Positions 42,700 through 52,924 of a stretch of DNA of 64,000 nucleotides are shown here, in pieces (positions within the stretch are counted from its first letter, which is position 1; each line of letters starts with the position of its first letter). Location: contig JAUYIE010000004.1 of assembly GCA_030688365.1 (NCBI GenBank), forward strand, positions 5,931-69,930, read 5' to 3'. The DNA is from a bacterium (lineage in GTDB: Bacteria > Patescibacteriota > Patescibacteriia > JACQRZ01). Under the pieces are notes generated by a model. The model had not been told where the DNA came from. It saw only the letters and a list, made by a program, of their open reading frames with translations, and searched no databases. Both the position numbers and the translations under genes were made by a program.

Positions 42700-44097
42700 C
42701 TACAAATTAGATTGCGGGTCTTCTGACACAGACTCCATTTTCTTCTTTAATATAGGGACAATTTTTTTTATGTCAACTACTTCTTGTTCTCCACCCTCCA
42801 TATTTCTGATAATAATCGTACCATCCAGAAGCTCTTTTTGCCCTAAAATCAAAGTAAAACGAACATTTAGCTTATTTGCAAGCTCAAGTTGTGCCTTTAA
42901 ACTGTCCTTTGCAAATCCTTCAGCAACGGCAAATTCTTCACTGACTAAATTTTCATACAAGACCATAGACTGACGTTTTGCTTGTTCACCTAGTTGAGCA
43001 AAAAAGATATCAACAGGAGCACGAACAGGCAATACAGACTCATCACCATCATGTATCATTTGTTTCAATCGATTGACGATACGTTCTATTCCCAAACCAA
43101 ATCCGCATCCAGGTGTAGGTCTTCCCCCCAGAACCTCAATGAGATTGTCATACCTCCCTCCACCTCCCAATGCCAATCCAGGGACTTCTTCTTCCTCTTG
43201 TAGAAGATAAAATTCAAAAACAGTACGCGTATAATAATCAAACCCTCGTACAAGATAGGAATTCAAGGAATATGGAATCTCAAGGACATCCAAAAATTCC
43301 AATACCTTTTCAAAGTGCGTTTTACATTCATCACACAAATAATCTACTATTTGCGGTGCACCATTTTTTATAGGTTGACATTGTTCTACTTTACAATCAA
43401 GAAGACGTAATGGGTTCTTTGTTAAGCGTCGTTTGCAATCTTCACAAACATGAGAACGTTTTGACTTATAATATTCAGTAAGTTCTTCCTTATATACTCC
43501 TCTACAAACCAAACATCCAATACTGTTGATTTGCAACATCACAGGAATAGACAATGTCTTATATAATTTATATGCGATTAAAATAAGTTGCGCGTCCACT
43601 GCCGGATTTGATTCACCAATAACTTCACAATCAAATTGATTGTGCTGTCGATAACGATCTGCTTGTGGCTTTTCGTGACGAAATAATGAACCGATAGAGT
43701 ACATTTTAATAGGTTGTGGCATATTCCACATTCCATGTTCAATGTATGCGCGCGCGACGCCGGCAGTAAACTCTGGACGCATTGTTACGCTGTCACCTCC
43801 TAGATCAGTAAACGTATACATTTCCTTCTCAACAATGTCAGTAAGTTTACCAACACTGTGTGTATACAATGATGTTGGTTCCAGAATCGGTGTATCGATG
43901 CGTTCAAAACCATATTGTGTCGCAATCATACGTGCGGTATCTCGAATATGCTCCCACATTGCTTGATCAATCGGTAATACATCTTTCATTCCTTTTATCA
44001 ATTGCGGAGTTTTGGACATGGTCTGCAACTGTATCGTTGGTGATACAGGTACAATGCTGGGCTCATCATCTGCATCATTTTTCTTTTTTTTAGGCAT
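42700..44097 (-). CDS. hisS: Histidine--tRNA ligase
   Basis: KEMYTF, RPEFTA, FRHEKPQ, LVRGFDYY, GGGRYD, GFGLGIER. Confidence 0.97.
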   Translation of the reverse strand: MPKKKKNDADDEPSIVPVSPTIQLQTMSKTPQLIKGMKDVLPIDQAMWEHIRDTARMIATQYGFERIDTPILEPTSLYTHSVGKLTDIVEKEMYTFTDLGGDSVTMRPEFTAGVARAYIEHGMWNMPQPIKMYSIGSLFRHEKPQADRYRQHNQFDCEVIGESNPAVDAQLILIAYKLYKTLSIPVMLQINSIGCLVCRGVYKEELTEYYKSKRSHVCEDCKRRLTKNPLRLLDCKVEQCQPIKNGAPQIVDYLCDECKTHFEKVLEFLDVLEIPYSLNSYLVRGFDYYTRTVFEFYLLQEEEEVPGLALGGGGRYDNLIEVLGGRPTPGCGFGLGIERIVNRLKQMIHDGDESVLPVRAPVDIFFAQLGEQAKRQSMVLYENLVSEEFAVAEGFAKDSLKAQLELANKLNVRFTLILGQKELLDGTIIIRNMEGGEQEVVDIKKIVPILKKKMESVSEDPQSNL

Positions 44098-44116
44098 ATA
44101 TTTTTAAAAGTAAATG

Positions 44117-44755
44117 TTATTTGTAAGAGAGAATCGCGCTTGAGAGTCCGGACGTAACGATGTTGGTATTATATTGTGGTTTGAGAAAAAAATGAAACTT
44201 ATCTATAGGCAGGCCTCGCAATACTACCCTGCCAACGATCGCCGATGGTTTGATAGGGCCAAATCGCCGAGAGTCATAACTTACTGGACGATTATCACCA
44301 AGGACAAAGTACTCGTCATTTTGTAATGTTGTACGTACGCCTGGAGATACGCCGTGCAGTGGGGTATACTCACTCTCATCCAACAAAATTCCGTCGGGAT
44401 GTTCTATATTAAAAATTGTAACTGCATCATCGGTTACATCTACTGTTTCTCCCGGTAATCCGACAACACGCTTGATAAAATATTTTCTATCACCTTCATT
44501 ATGTGCAAAAACGACTACATCTCCGCGTGCAGGTTTTCTAAAATGATAGGATATTTCATCAACCAATAAATAATCATTACCGTCAAATGTTGGGTACATG
44601 GACAATCCCTTTACATAAAAAGGTTGAACCACAAAAAGTCGAATTGGCAAAATGATTGCCGAGGCAATGATGACAATCTTAATCAATTCGCCTACATATT
44701 CAGCAACATGTCCCCACGACGTAGTTGATGTTTTTTTTAATGATGTAAAATCCAT
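44117..44755 (-). CDS. lepB: Signal peptidase I
   Basis: GLSMYPT, RGDVVVF, IKRVVGLPGE, GDNRPVSYDSR. Confidence 0.95.
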   Translation of the reverse strand: MDFTSLKKTSTTSWGHVAEYVGELIKIVIIASAIILPIRLFVVQPFYVKGLSMYPTFDGNDYLLVDEISYHFRKPARGDVVVFAHNEGDRKYFIKRVVGLPGETVDVTDDAVTIFNIEHPDGILLDESEYTPLHGVSPGVRTTLQNDEYFVLGDNRPVSYDSRRFGPIKPSAIVGRVVLRGLPIDKFHFFLKPQYNTNIVTSGLSSAILSYK

Positions 44756-44830
44756 GAAACAATCACTATACAAATAGAACTATATAATATCGCGCTATCA
44801 TACAAATATAAAGTATACTCTCGTAGTCTA

Positions 44831-44906
44831 TGGTGGGCCCGAGAGGAATTGAACCTCTGACCTTTCGGATGTGAACCGAACGCTCTAACCCCTGAGCTAC
44901 GAGCCC
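44831..44906 (-). tRNA. tRNA-Val(CAC)
   Basis: Anticodon arm TTCGG-TT-CAC-AT-CCGAA, GGTTCAATTCC, encoded CCA. Confidence 0.92.
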
Positions 44907-45003
44907 AAACCGGATTGCATCCACCTCTGTAGTGATACACCTATAATATCACGCAATATGTCGTATTGCAAGGTATACGCTTTTGGCCTATACTGTCTTA
45001 AGT

Positions 45004-46440
45004 ATGAAACAGGTTCACATCAATCTTTTAGACGCATCAGTAGCGTCCTCGTATACTGCGCCAGCCATTGCACTTCAACCTCATAAAACGCGCCGTTCGC
45101 TGACGACAAAACTTCTAATTATCATGTTTGGTATCAGTTTGTTTACAAGTGGTGCCTCTGTTTTTTCGTACCAAACTTCTCAAAACAGCGAATCAGGCGT
45201 TGGTGCATTTGGCACATTACACCTTTTTGGCACATTGCTGAATTTTTCAGAACATGCGGATAAACTACTTGACGGAGAAAGAGATGGACGCATCAACATT
45301 TTATTATTGGGAATTGGTGGAGAAGGCCATGATGGCGCAAATCTCACCGATACGATCATGATTGCCAGTATTGATCCTCAAACAAGTCAAGTGGCACTAG
45401 TATCTCTTCCCCGTGATTTGTTGGTCAGTATTCCCGGATATGGGTGGAATAAAATCAATAATGCACATGCGTACGGCGAGGCACAACGGCCCGGATATGG
45501 TCCTGAATTGGCGGCACAAGTAGTTAGTTCCACATTGCATATACCTATCAATTACTATGTCCGCGTTGATTTCAGTGGATTTGAAAGAGCTGTTGACTTA
45601 GTGGGGGGTGTTGATGTCGTAGTAGATCAACCGTTCACTGATTATACATACCCAACACTAGACAAAAAATATCAAACGGTACACTTTGATGCTGGACCAC
45701 AGTTATTGAATGGTATTCATGCACTGCAGTTCGTACGTTCACGCCATAGTATGATGAATAATGAAGGTTCAGATTTTGCCCGTAGCAAACGTCAACAAAA
45801 AGTAATCATGGCTCTCAAAGACCGAATACTTTCAAAAGCTTTTTTGCTTAATCCACAAAATATAAACGAGTTACTTTCAACATTGGACCAAAACGTCATA
45901 ACTAATATGCAAACATGGGAGATATTAAAGTTAGCAAAATATGCGCCTTCAATTAAGTACGATAATCTCATAACACTTGTTTTTGACGACGGAGTGCCGG
46001 GATATCTTCACTCTGCCATCACTGATGAAGGTGCATATATTCTTCGGCCAAATGATGGGACATTTAATGCTATGAGTCTCGCAGTACAAAACATTTTTGA
46101 TACTCTTACTACTGCTCAAGACAAGACAAAACTCTCGCCTACTCTTATTGTGAAAAATGGCACTCACATCACTGGCCTGGCATCAAAAGTATCTGATGAG
46201 CTCAAATTAGCCGGCTTTGACGTCGCATATGTGGGAAACTCTATTGATCAAACACAGACAAAAAATATTATCTATGATTTTACATACGGAAAAAAAGATG
46301 AGGCGCTTACGCGATTAAAGAAAAAACTAAATGCAAACGTGATTGTTGGTACGTCGCCAGAAACAGATGCAAATAGTGCAAATGTAGATTTTCTTATCGT
46401 CCTTGGCTCTATGATCTCCAGCAGTCAATCTAGTAACTAA
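45004..46440 (+). CDS. LCP (LytR-CpsA-Psr) family protein with LytR C-terminal domain
   Basis: NILLLG, TDTIM, SLPRD, KINNA, FVRSRH, SDFARSKRQQ; C-terminal NGT..GLA. Confidence 0.93.
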   Translation: MKQVHINLLDASVASSYTAPAIALQPHKTRRSLTTKLLIIMFGISLFTSGASVFSYQTSQNSESGVGAFGTLHLFGTLLNFSEHADKLLDGERDGRINILLLGIGGEGHDGANLTDTIMIASIDPQTSQVALVSLPRDLLVSIPGYGWNKINNAHAYGEAQRPGYGPELAAQVVSSTLHIPINYYVRVDFSGFERAVDLVGGVDVVVDQPFTDYTYPTLDKKYQTVHFDAGPQLLNGIHALQFVRSRHSMMNNEGSDFARSKRQQKVIMALKDRILSKAFLLNPQNINELLSTLDQNVITNMQTWEILKLAKYAPSIKYDNLITLVFDDGVPGYLHSAITDEGAYILRPNDGTFNAMSLAVQNIFDTLTTAQDKTKLSPTLIVKNGTHITGLASKVSDELKLAGFDVAYVGNSIDQTQTKNIIYDFTYGKKDEALTRLKKKLNANVIVGTSPETDANSANVDFLIVLGSMISSSQSSN

Positions 46441-47789
46441 GGCAATACTTGCAGAGTAAAAATACCATTATTTCCATCTTGAGTTCCTGCAATCAGGAGT
46501 GTTTTTTTATCCGACAACATACGAAGCGCTTCAACATGGTCAAATGTTGCGATGATATATCGATTGGAGGATGGATTATCACTGTTTTCAAGGGCAATGA
46601 TATCGTGTCCACGGCTTACAAAAAAAATATACGGTATAGTTGGTTCAATTGTCACATCGCTGATGCCGTCGCTCTCTCTGGTGATAAGATTTTTTGAAAC
46701 TGCATTTTTACTTATATAATATCTATTCATTTCAATATCATTATTTCCTACATAAGTATTCTCATCATATACCGTGACGTGAGTCATCTTCTCAAGATCT
46801 ACAATATGAGGTACTGCGTCGTGAGTATCATATATAAATGATGACCCATCAGATCCTTTAATAAGTAAATCACTGGCTGATACATCGCCAAATATCGCTT
46901 GTTTGACAGGAAGATGCGCACGACTCTGTGCAGGTGAGTTGCTTTGTCCCGTTGCAATCATATCCACTGAAACTCCGTTGGTATCGCGTGAGAGAAAATA
47001 TAGATTTGATCCGGAGACAACACAATCAAATACTTCTCTATCATGGACAACAATTTTTTGAGAAATATCCGGATGCACAATAATCCCCTTACCTCCACAA
47101 CTGTATAAAATACCGTGATTATCGAATGCCAAATGATCAGCAAGAGCGATATCAATGCGTACACTGGGTGCCAAAGGATTATTTACATCATATCGATACC
47201 AGGCCACATCATTTTGTACAAATATAAATGCACCGTCCGGAGAAATTTTTATATTGGCTATTTTTTTCTGTGTTAAATCTAGCGTAGTCAACGTGTCAGT
47301 TTTGATGTTCAAAAGTGACAATCCTTGAGATGTTGAGACAACAAAAGATGATTTATTCAATGGAATCATAGTATCAACTGCGGACACATCAGTAATACGA
47401 GAAGGGGAGCTTTGTTTTAATAATACTATGTCGTTAAAAAATGCGGTCTTACCAACTTGTACCTCAATATCACGTCTAAAATCAAAATAAGAGTCTTTAG
47501 ATAGGATGACATGATAAACACCAGGTAATACATAGGTAATACGCTGTGGTGTTTTAAATGGTTTACGAGGTAAAACACTTCGTTGCCAAAAAGAACCAGT
47601 TGTTGCAGTACCCAATGAGATACTCGCCCCTGAAGGATCTGATGATGCATAGATCACACCTGTTTTTTCAAACCATCCAGAGTCTATGTTGAAACGATAC
47701 CCATTTGCGTACAACAAAAGTCCTATTGCACTAATAGCAAATGATAAAGCAAAGATAGAAAAAATGATTCGACGAATCCACAACCGCAT
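46437..47789 (-). CDS. PEGA-domain membrane-anchored protein
   Basis: YANGYRF...TGVIYASSDPSGA...PGVYHVILSKDSY; beta-rich C-terminal region. Confidence 0.75.
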   Translation of the reverse strand: MRLWIRRIIFSIFALSFAISAIGLLLYANGYRFNIDSGWFEKTGVIYASSDPSGASISLGTATTGSFWQRSVLPRKPFKTPQRITYVLPGVYHVILSKDSYFDFRRDIEVQVGKTAFFNDIVLLKQSSPSRITDVSAVDTMIPLNKSSFVVSTSQGLSLLNIKTDTLTTLDLTQKKIANIKISPDGAFIFVQNDVAWYRYDVNNPLAPSVRIDIALADHLAFDNHGILYSCGGKGIIVHPDISQKIVVHDREVFDCVVSGSNLYFLSRDTNGVSVDMIATGQSNSPAQSRAHLPVKQAIFGDVSASDLLIKGSDGSSFIYDTHDAVPHIVDLEKMTHVTVYDENTYVGNNDIEMNRYYISKNAVSKNLITRESDGISDVTIEPTIPYIFFVSRGHDIIALENSDNPSSNRYIIATFDHVEALRMLSDKKTLLIAGTQDGNNGIFTLQVLP

Positions 47790-47800
47790 AGATAATTGTA

Positions 47801-49234
47801 TTATACCTCTCTTAGTTGTGCGCGTATATGGCTACGTGCACAGGTCGTTTTAACAAACGCCAACCAATCTACGTTTGGTTTTTTTCTATTTTTATCAGTA
47901 AGGATTTCCACCACATCACCACTTTGAAGCGTGCTATCTAATGATGCCATAGTGTCATTTATCTTTGCCCCGACACAATGCATACCAACATCCGTGTGAA
48001 TACGATATGCAAAATCAACTGGTGTAGATTGTTCAGGTAGATTGATAACGTCTCCTTGGGGAGTAAATACAAAAATACGATCTCCAAATGCATCAAGTTT
48101 TAATGAAGACAGATATTCACTATCATTATCTACATTTTGAGGTAAGGAAATAATCTCCTCAATCCATTCCGTATCCTTTGTTGGAGTAGTCGCTCGTTTG
48201 CCAGACTCGTCATAGTGCCAATGAGCGGCAATACCAAATTTTGCTTCCTGATCCATCTCTCTCGTCCGTATTTGGAATTCTACTATTTCTCCGCCTTCAC
48301 AAAAAATGGTCGTATGCAACCCACGATAGTTATTTGCCTTTGGCTGTGTTATGTAATCTTTGATGCGTCCCGGAAGTGGTTTCCAGTGTTGATGAATGAT
48401 ACCAAGCACCGCGTAGCAATCAGCAATAGTATCCACGATAATCCGCAATGCGACTAAATCATATAATCCAGAAACTTGCGTGCTATTTTTTGTCTGTAAC
48501 TTTTTGTAAATACTGAAAAGATTTTTGACCCGACTGACGATTTGAAAATTTTTAATTCCATTTACATCTAGATCTTCACTCGCTATTTCCTCTATATGGC
48601 GCAAGTATTCTTCCTTTTTATCAAGTATTGGCTCTACTTGTGCGCGCAATGTATCATAACCCTGCGGGTCAACGTATTTAAAAGCTAAGTCCTCTAATTG
48701 TGTTTTAATTCTTCCCATACCAAGCCGGTTTGCGATGGGAACATAGATTTCCAGTACCTCTTGGGCGATACGATCTCTCTTTTCTACCGGAAGTGCATCC
48801 AGTGTCTTGAGATTATCCAACCGATCAGCAAATTTAATCACAATAATACGAATATCTTTTGCCATCGCGATAAACATTTTGCGTAGATTTTCCGCATATT
48901 TTTCAACACCTCTATATTTCATGAGTCCCAATTTTGAGACACCTTCCACCAACACTGCGACATCCTTACCAAACTGCTTTGATAACTCATCAATCGTAAT
49001 GGATGTCTCATCAGTAATCTCATGCAAAAGACCCGCAATAATCGTCGGCGTATCCATTTGCATTGTCGCTAAAGTGTACGAGGTTGCCAAACAGTGTTGA
49101 ATAAAATCCTCTCCGTTTAAACGCTGGTGTCCTCTATGTGCATCATCGGCAAATTCGTAGGCAAGCATAAGTAAGTCTTCATCAACATGAGGATTATATT
49201 CTTTTATTTTTGCAATGAGATCTGAAAACTGCAT
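47801..49234 (-). CDS. RelA/SpoT homolog (HD + synthetase + TGS, C-terminally short)
   Basis: KFADRLDN, ANRLG, RVK..SIYKK, EFQIRT, AAHWHY, VFTPQG, DFAYRIHT. Confidence 0.92.
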   Translation of the reverse strand: MQFSDLIAKIKEYNPHVDEDLLMLAYEFADDAHRGHQRLNGEDFIQHCLATSYTLATMQMDTPTIIAGLLHEITDETSITIDELSKQFGKDVAVLVEGVSKLGLMKYRGVEKYAENLRKMFIAMAKDIRIIVIKFADRLDNLKTLDALPVEKRDRIAQEVLEIYVPIANRLGMGRIKTQLEDLAFKYVDPQGYDTLRAQVEPILDKKEEYLRHIEEIASEDLDVNGIKNFQIVSRVKNLFSIYKKLQTKNSTQVSGLYDLVALRIIVDTIADCYAVLGIIHQHWKPLPGRIKDYITQPKANNYRGLHTTIFCEGGEIVEFQIRTREMDQEAKFGIAAHWHYDESGKRATTPTKDTEWIEEIISLPQNVDNDSEYLSSLKLDAFGDRIFVFTPQGDVINLPEQSTPVDFAYRIHTDVGMHCVGAKINDTMASLDSTLQSGDVVEILTDKNRKKPNVDWLAFVKTTCARSHIRAQLREV

Positions 49235-49369
49235 AAGTATAGTATACCGTGTTTGGTGTATGATAGAGAAAAATTGAATGAAAGTCAATGATCTTCATGT
49301 TCATTGTCCTATTGACCATATACATGAAAACCAGTATTATACAACCACTATAACTCTTAAATTTTTTAT

Positions 49370-49966
49370 ATGGATGACGAAATGGAAATCTTTGATCCAT
49401 CAGGACCAATGATTGGCATGAATGTGCCTGATCTGACACTCAATGCCTACCAAGACGGCAAGTTTATGCCGATCAAATTGACAGATTATAAGGGAAAGTG
49501 GCTTGTATTGTTTTTTTACCCTGCCAACTTTACGTTTGTCTGTCCAACTGAACTGGAAGAAATGGCGGATCATTATGAAGAAATCAAAGCGCTGGGCGCA
49601 GAAGTCTTAAGCGTAAGCACTGACACCGAGTTTAGCCACATGGCGTGGCATGATTCTTCACCGGCGATTGGCAAAGTAAATTTTCCAATGGTAGCCGATC
49701 CCACCGGTATGTTGTGTCAAGAATTGGGCACCTATATCTATGACGAAGGACTTTCTTTACGTGGCACATTTATTTTTGATCCGGAAGGCACACTCAAATC
49801 ATTTGAAATGAATGACAACAGTATCGGGCGCAGTGCTACCGAACTCATCCGTAAACTCAAAGCGGCAATCTTTGTGAAAGAGCACCCCGGGCAAGTATGT
49901 CCTGCCAGTTGGACACCGGGCGCAAAAACATTGACCCCCGGACCTGATTTAGTGGGGAAGATTTAG
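49370..49966 (+). CDS. ahpC: 2-Cys peroxiredoxin (alkyl hydroperoxide reductase C)
   Basis: FFYPANFTFVCPTE and second VCPASW. Confidence 0.95.
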   Translation: MDDEMEIFDPSGPMIGMNVPDLTLNAYQDGKFMPIKLTDYKGKWLVLFFYPANFTFVCPTELEEMADHYEEIKALGAEVLSVSTDTEFSHMAWHDSSPAIGKVNFPMVADPTGMLCQELGTYIYDEGLSLRGTFIFDPEGTLKSFEMNDNSIGRSATELIRKLKAAIFVKEHPGQVCPASWTPGAKTLTPGPDLVGKI

Positions 49967-50680
49967 TTCCCTATGACGAGGAATGATCTTAAAGACAAGT
50001 ACCATCGCAAGGAGTATCGCAAACCCGCACATGATGGACGCGATCCCGATATGCGCTTGCGTGACTAACACGTATACCACTGCGGTCGGCACCAAAAATG
50101 ACGCATACCCCGCAATCATCCATTGCATCAAGATACTGTCCCCTGTTTTATGTTTTAAACCAATAAATAATTCAACGATCCCCCAGAACAAGATGCCGAG
50201 ATAATACAGACCATACGTCCGATTCACAATACCGTCAGAATGAAACGCGACAAACTTTCCCGCACAGGTGACCGCATTGAGCGCGTCAGGAAGAATAAAA
50301 AACGCAATGGAAAATGCGGTAGCGAGCGCATAGGCAATCCATACGCTCATACGACCGCGAGAGTTTGTCTCCATGCGCACCAGATGCAACCCCAACGGCG
50401 GTAACATCGTGATCGCCACATGCCCGACGCGAAGCCACCACCATATGTCACCCCCCGTGCACATCATGTATTCTGACAGCTGAAAGATGCCAAGACAGAG
50501 AAGCACTGCCCCGACTCCGTATACAAAACGATCCCGCCTGTATCGTGCGAGGATATATACCGCAAAAGCAGTCTCAATAACAAACGTCGCCAGACTGACT
50601 GGCGGCGTGAAGCAATTGAGCTTGATGGAATTATCGGATTTCATGTGTATATATGATACTCCACACCGATACTTTTGCAA
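49949..50680 (-). CDS. Multi-pass membrane protein, hypothetical
   Basis: About 7 hydrophobic segments; CFTPPVSLATF N-terminus; start uncertain. Confidence 0.7.
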   Translation of the reverse strand: MQKYRCGVSYIHMKSDNSIKLNCFTPPVSLATFVIETAFAVYILARYRRDRFVYGVGAVLLCLGIFQLSEYMMCTGGDIWWWLRVGHVAITMLPPLGLHLVRMETNSRGRMSVWIAYALATAFSIAFFILPDALNAVTCAGKFVAFHSDGIVNRTYGLYYLGILFWGIVELFIGLKHKTGDSILMQWMIAGYASFLVPTAVVYVLVTQAHIGIASIMCGFAILLAMVLVFKIIPRHRELNLPH

Positions 50681-50738
50681 CTCCGTCCAAGAAAGACTAT
50701 ACTATTCTCACACGAGCTAATTTTCTAAAGACTCATAT

Positions 50739-51317
50739 ATGTACGAACCGAAAAACTACGATCATCTGATCGGCACACAAGGGTTTAGCGATGTTATGCT
50801 CAAAAACCATTTTACGTTGTATCAAGGGTATGTGACCAACTTTAATAAATTGAATGACACGCTCGTCGCCATAGAAAAGGAAGGGCAATTTGGTACACCC
50901 ATATTCGCCGAGCTCAATCGACGATTCAGCTGGGAATTTAACGGTATGCGATTACATGAGCTCTATTTCGATAACATGAAAAAAGACGGAGAACCAATGA
51001 CCGATGGTGAACTGAAGAAAAACATCATTGCAGAGTGGGAGAGTATGGAAGCCTGGGAAAAAGATTTCAAAGCCATGGGCGCGATGCGTGGTATCGGCTG
51101 GGTGATTCTGTATCATGACAAGGAAGCAAAACGGCTGTTTAATGTCTGGGTAAACGAACACGATGTCGGCCACTTCGCTGGCTGTACTCCCCTTTTGATC
51201 ATGGACGTCTTTGAACACGCGTTTATGATTGATTACGGCCTTAAACGCGCGGATTATATTGCAAGCTTTTGGAACGCGATTGATTGGAGTATCGTGGAAA
51301 AGAGGTTTGAGGAGTAA
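50739..51317 (+). CDS. Fe/Mn superoxide dismutase family protein
   Basis: H.TLYQGYV, LHELYF, DVFEHAF..DY metal ligands. Confidence 0.92.
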   Translation: MYEPKNYDHLIGTQGFSDVMLKNHFTLYQGYVTNFNKLNDTLVAIEKEGQFGTPIFAELNRRFSWEFNGMRLHELYFDNMKKDGEPMTDGELKKNIIAEWESMEAWEKDFKAMGAMRGIGWVILYHDKEAKRLFNVWVNEHDVGHFAGCTPLLIMDVFEHAFMIDYGLKRADYIASFWNAIDWSIVEKRFEE

Positions 51318-51332
51318 AGATATCTGGAATAG

Positions 51333-51368
51333 AAAAAAGAGACTCTAATTTTACGAGTCTCTTTTTTT
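51333..51368. terminator. Bidirectional intrinsic terminator
   Basis: aaaaaagagactc-N9-gagtctcttttttt. Confidence 0.85.
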
Positions 51369-51378
51369 ATATAACTTT

Positions 51379-51618
51379 TTACTCAATATAAAAATGACTT
51401 TTTAGCTGTTCTTCTCTGATCCATTTCACGCCTGTTTTATATATCGCGAGTTGTGTACCCCTATCAAGAGAGCTGTGATTGGGAACAACAAGTGTTTCGG
51501 TGTGCCCACGTGTTCTACGCAGTTTGATATGACTTCCTTTTTAAGAAATGACGACAAAACCAAAAGAAACAAAAATAGCAACAAGCTCTTTTCCTGACAT
51601 GACCCTCATTTTAGGCAT
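51379..51618 (-). pseudogene. HicA toxin pseudogene
   Basis: MPKMRVMSGKELVAIFVSFGFVVIS*KGSHIKLRR...VVPNH..LDRGT; in-frame TAA at 51541-51543 and a frameshift near 51426. Confidence 0.8.
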
Positions 51619-51838
51619 ATTGAGGCTGGATCTCAAAATTAACCAACACTCCAGGGCGCTGGTCAATGCCATATGCCTCCCTGTCTACTACATCTTCAAA
51701 GAAGAGCTCAATTGCCTCTTCAAGATTGTGAATCACCTCATCAACAGTTTTTCCTTGTGTAAAAACAGGTATATCAATGCACTCGCCCACATAGGCATCT
51801 TCGCCTTTATATATTTTCGCTTGGATGATTTTTTTCAT
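51611..51838 (-). CDS. HicB-family antitoxin (short, no DNA-binding domain)
   Basis: YVGECIDIPVFTQGKTVDEVIHNLEEAIELF; overlaps hicA start. Confidence 0.88.
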   Translation of the reverse strand: MKKIIQAKIYKGEDAYVGECIDIPVFTQGKTVDEVIHNLEEAIELFFEDVVDREAYGIDQRPGVLVNFEIQPQYA

Positions 51839-51903
51839 AAAGACTCTGTATTTATCCATGAATACCATAGCAGATGTCTGGTTAATTTGCAACTTCCTCT
51901 TTC

Positions 51904-52080
51904 TTAAGACTTGTCTGCTAGCCTATCTTTAATGAAACCATTTTTCTTCATAAAATTGACGACCGGTTTTGCACATATTTCACACAATTCCTTTCCATTA
52001 CTAAACCATCCTATGCGGACATATATCACGGCACCGTCGGAAATCTCTTTATGACAAATATCACACTGATGTGTCGTCAT
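51904..52080 (-). CDS. Small C4 zinc-finger hypothetical protein
   Basis: CDIC...LCEIC; preceded by a promoter-like repeat. Confidence 0.6.
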   Translation of the reverse strand: MTTHQCDICHKEISDGAVIYVRIGWFSNGKELCEICAKPVVNFMKKNGFIKDRLADKS

Positions 52081-52087
52081 AGACAAG

Positions 52088-52140
52088 CATGTTAATGTTT
52101 AGAATCCAAACGTAGCACACGAAAAAATTGAAGGCAAATG
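52088..52140 (-). repeat. 53-bp imperfect direct repeat, copy 1 (sigma70-like promoter)
   Basis: Matches 52925-52977; minus strand TTGCCT-17nt-TACGTT with extended TG. Confidence 0.85.
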
Positions 52141-52167
52141 GAGTTCCGCTGTAGGGAAAAAGGTATG

Positions 52168-52199
52168 AAAAAAGAGGCTTTTTTATGAGCCTCTTTTTT
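52168..52199. terminator. Intrinsic terminator after vapC
   Basis: aaaaaagaggct-N8-agcctctttttt. Confidence 0.85.
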
Positions 52200-52617
52200 A
52201 TACATCCTTTGGTTCGACACGTCTTACCTTTAACTTTTCAAACTCCTTGTCGTAAGATACCACCACGCCATTCTTGATTTCAAGTACCTGCGCGGCTATC
52301 AAAGTGTCAATGAATTTAACTGAATTCCCTTGATACAATTCGAGAGCTTGGAAAAAATCTCCCCCGTCTTTTATGCTCAAATACGACATTGCCACGATAC
52401 CTCCCAATAATTCAACAACATCTTCTTTTTTGAGTTTGTAGAAACTCAAACATGTCCACACAAACTCTGCCAATACGAGTTTGGAGGTGGTTGCTCGAAG
52501 TGTCCCTTCCTGTATGCGCTCGAATAGTCTTTCACAGTCTTTCGCCATCGCTACGTCATCTTTGACGACAAACCGAAGAAAGATATTGGTGTCAAGGAAG
52601 TATCTATTTCCTTGCAT
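52198..52617 (-). CDS. VapC-family PIN-domain toxin
   Basis: FLDTNIF, VLAE, FIDTLIAA, SYD acidic tetrad. Confidence 0.92.
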   Translation of the reverse strand: MQGNRYFLDTNIFLRFVVKDDVAMAKDCERLFERIQEGTLRATTSKLVLAEFVWTCLSFYKLKKEDVVELLGGIVAMSYLSIKDGGDFFQALELYQGNSVKFIDTLIAAQVLEIKNGVVVSYDKEFEKLKVRRVEPKDV

Positions 52618-52843
52618 ATTTTTTCTCCATACTTGCCCGTGCTTTGAGCGGATTGGTGCGTTTTTTAGGAGTAATGCGACGACCGGACGAAACGAAGTTA
52701 TTCAAGGGAATGAGACGCGCTGCCTTGTTCCCTTTTTCAATCTGCACAGCTACGCGACTATTTTTTCCTAAACGAAGCATATCCCTGATTTCTTTAGGGA
52801 TCGTAATCTGCCCTTTTTGTGTAACGGTGGTATGGTAAGGCAT
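52604..52843 (-). CDS. AbrB/MazE-type antitoxin (VapB)
   Basis: TVTQKGQITIPKEIRDML; overlaps vapC start. Confidence 0.9.
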   Translation of the reverse strand: MPYHTTVTQKGQITIPKEIRDMLRLGKNSRVAVQIEKGNKAARLIPLNNFVSSGRRITPKKRTNPLKARASMEKKYARK

Positions 52844-52850
52844 ATGGGTA

Positions 52851-52908
52851 AAGTAATACTTACTGTGTATTCCTTACTTATTATGAAACATCCACTTTTG
52901 CATGTCAA
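52851..52908 (-). promoter_or_regulatory. vapBC promoter and candidate operator
   Basis: TTGACA (52903-52908)-17nt-CATAAT (52880-52885); palindrome AAGTA-n-TACTT at 52851-52861. Confidence 0.7.
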
Positions 52909-52924
52909 GCGGATCAATGAGAAA

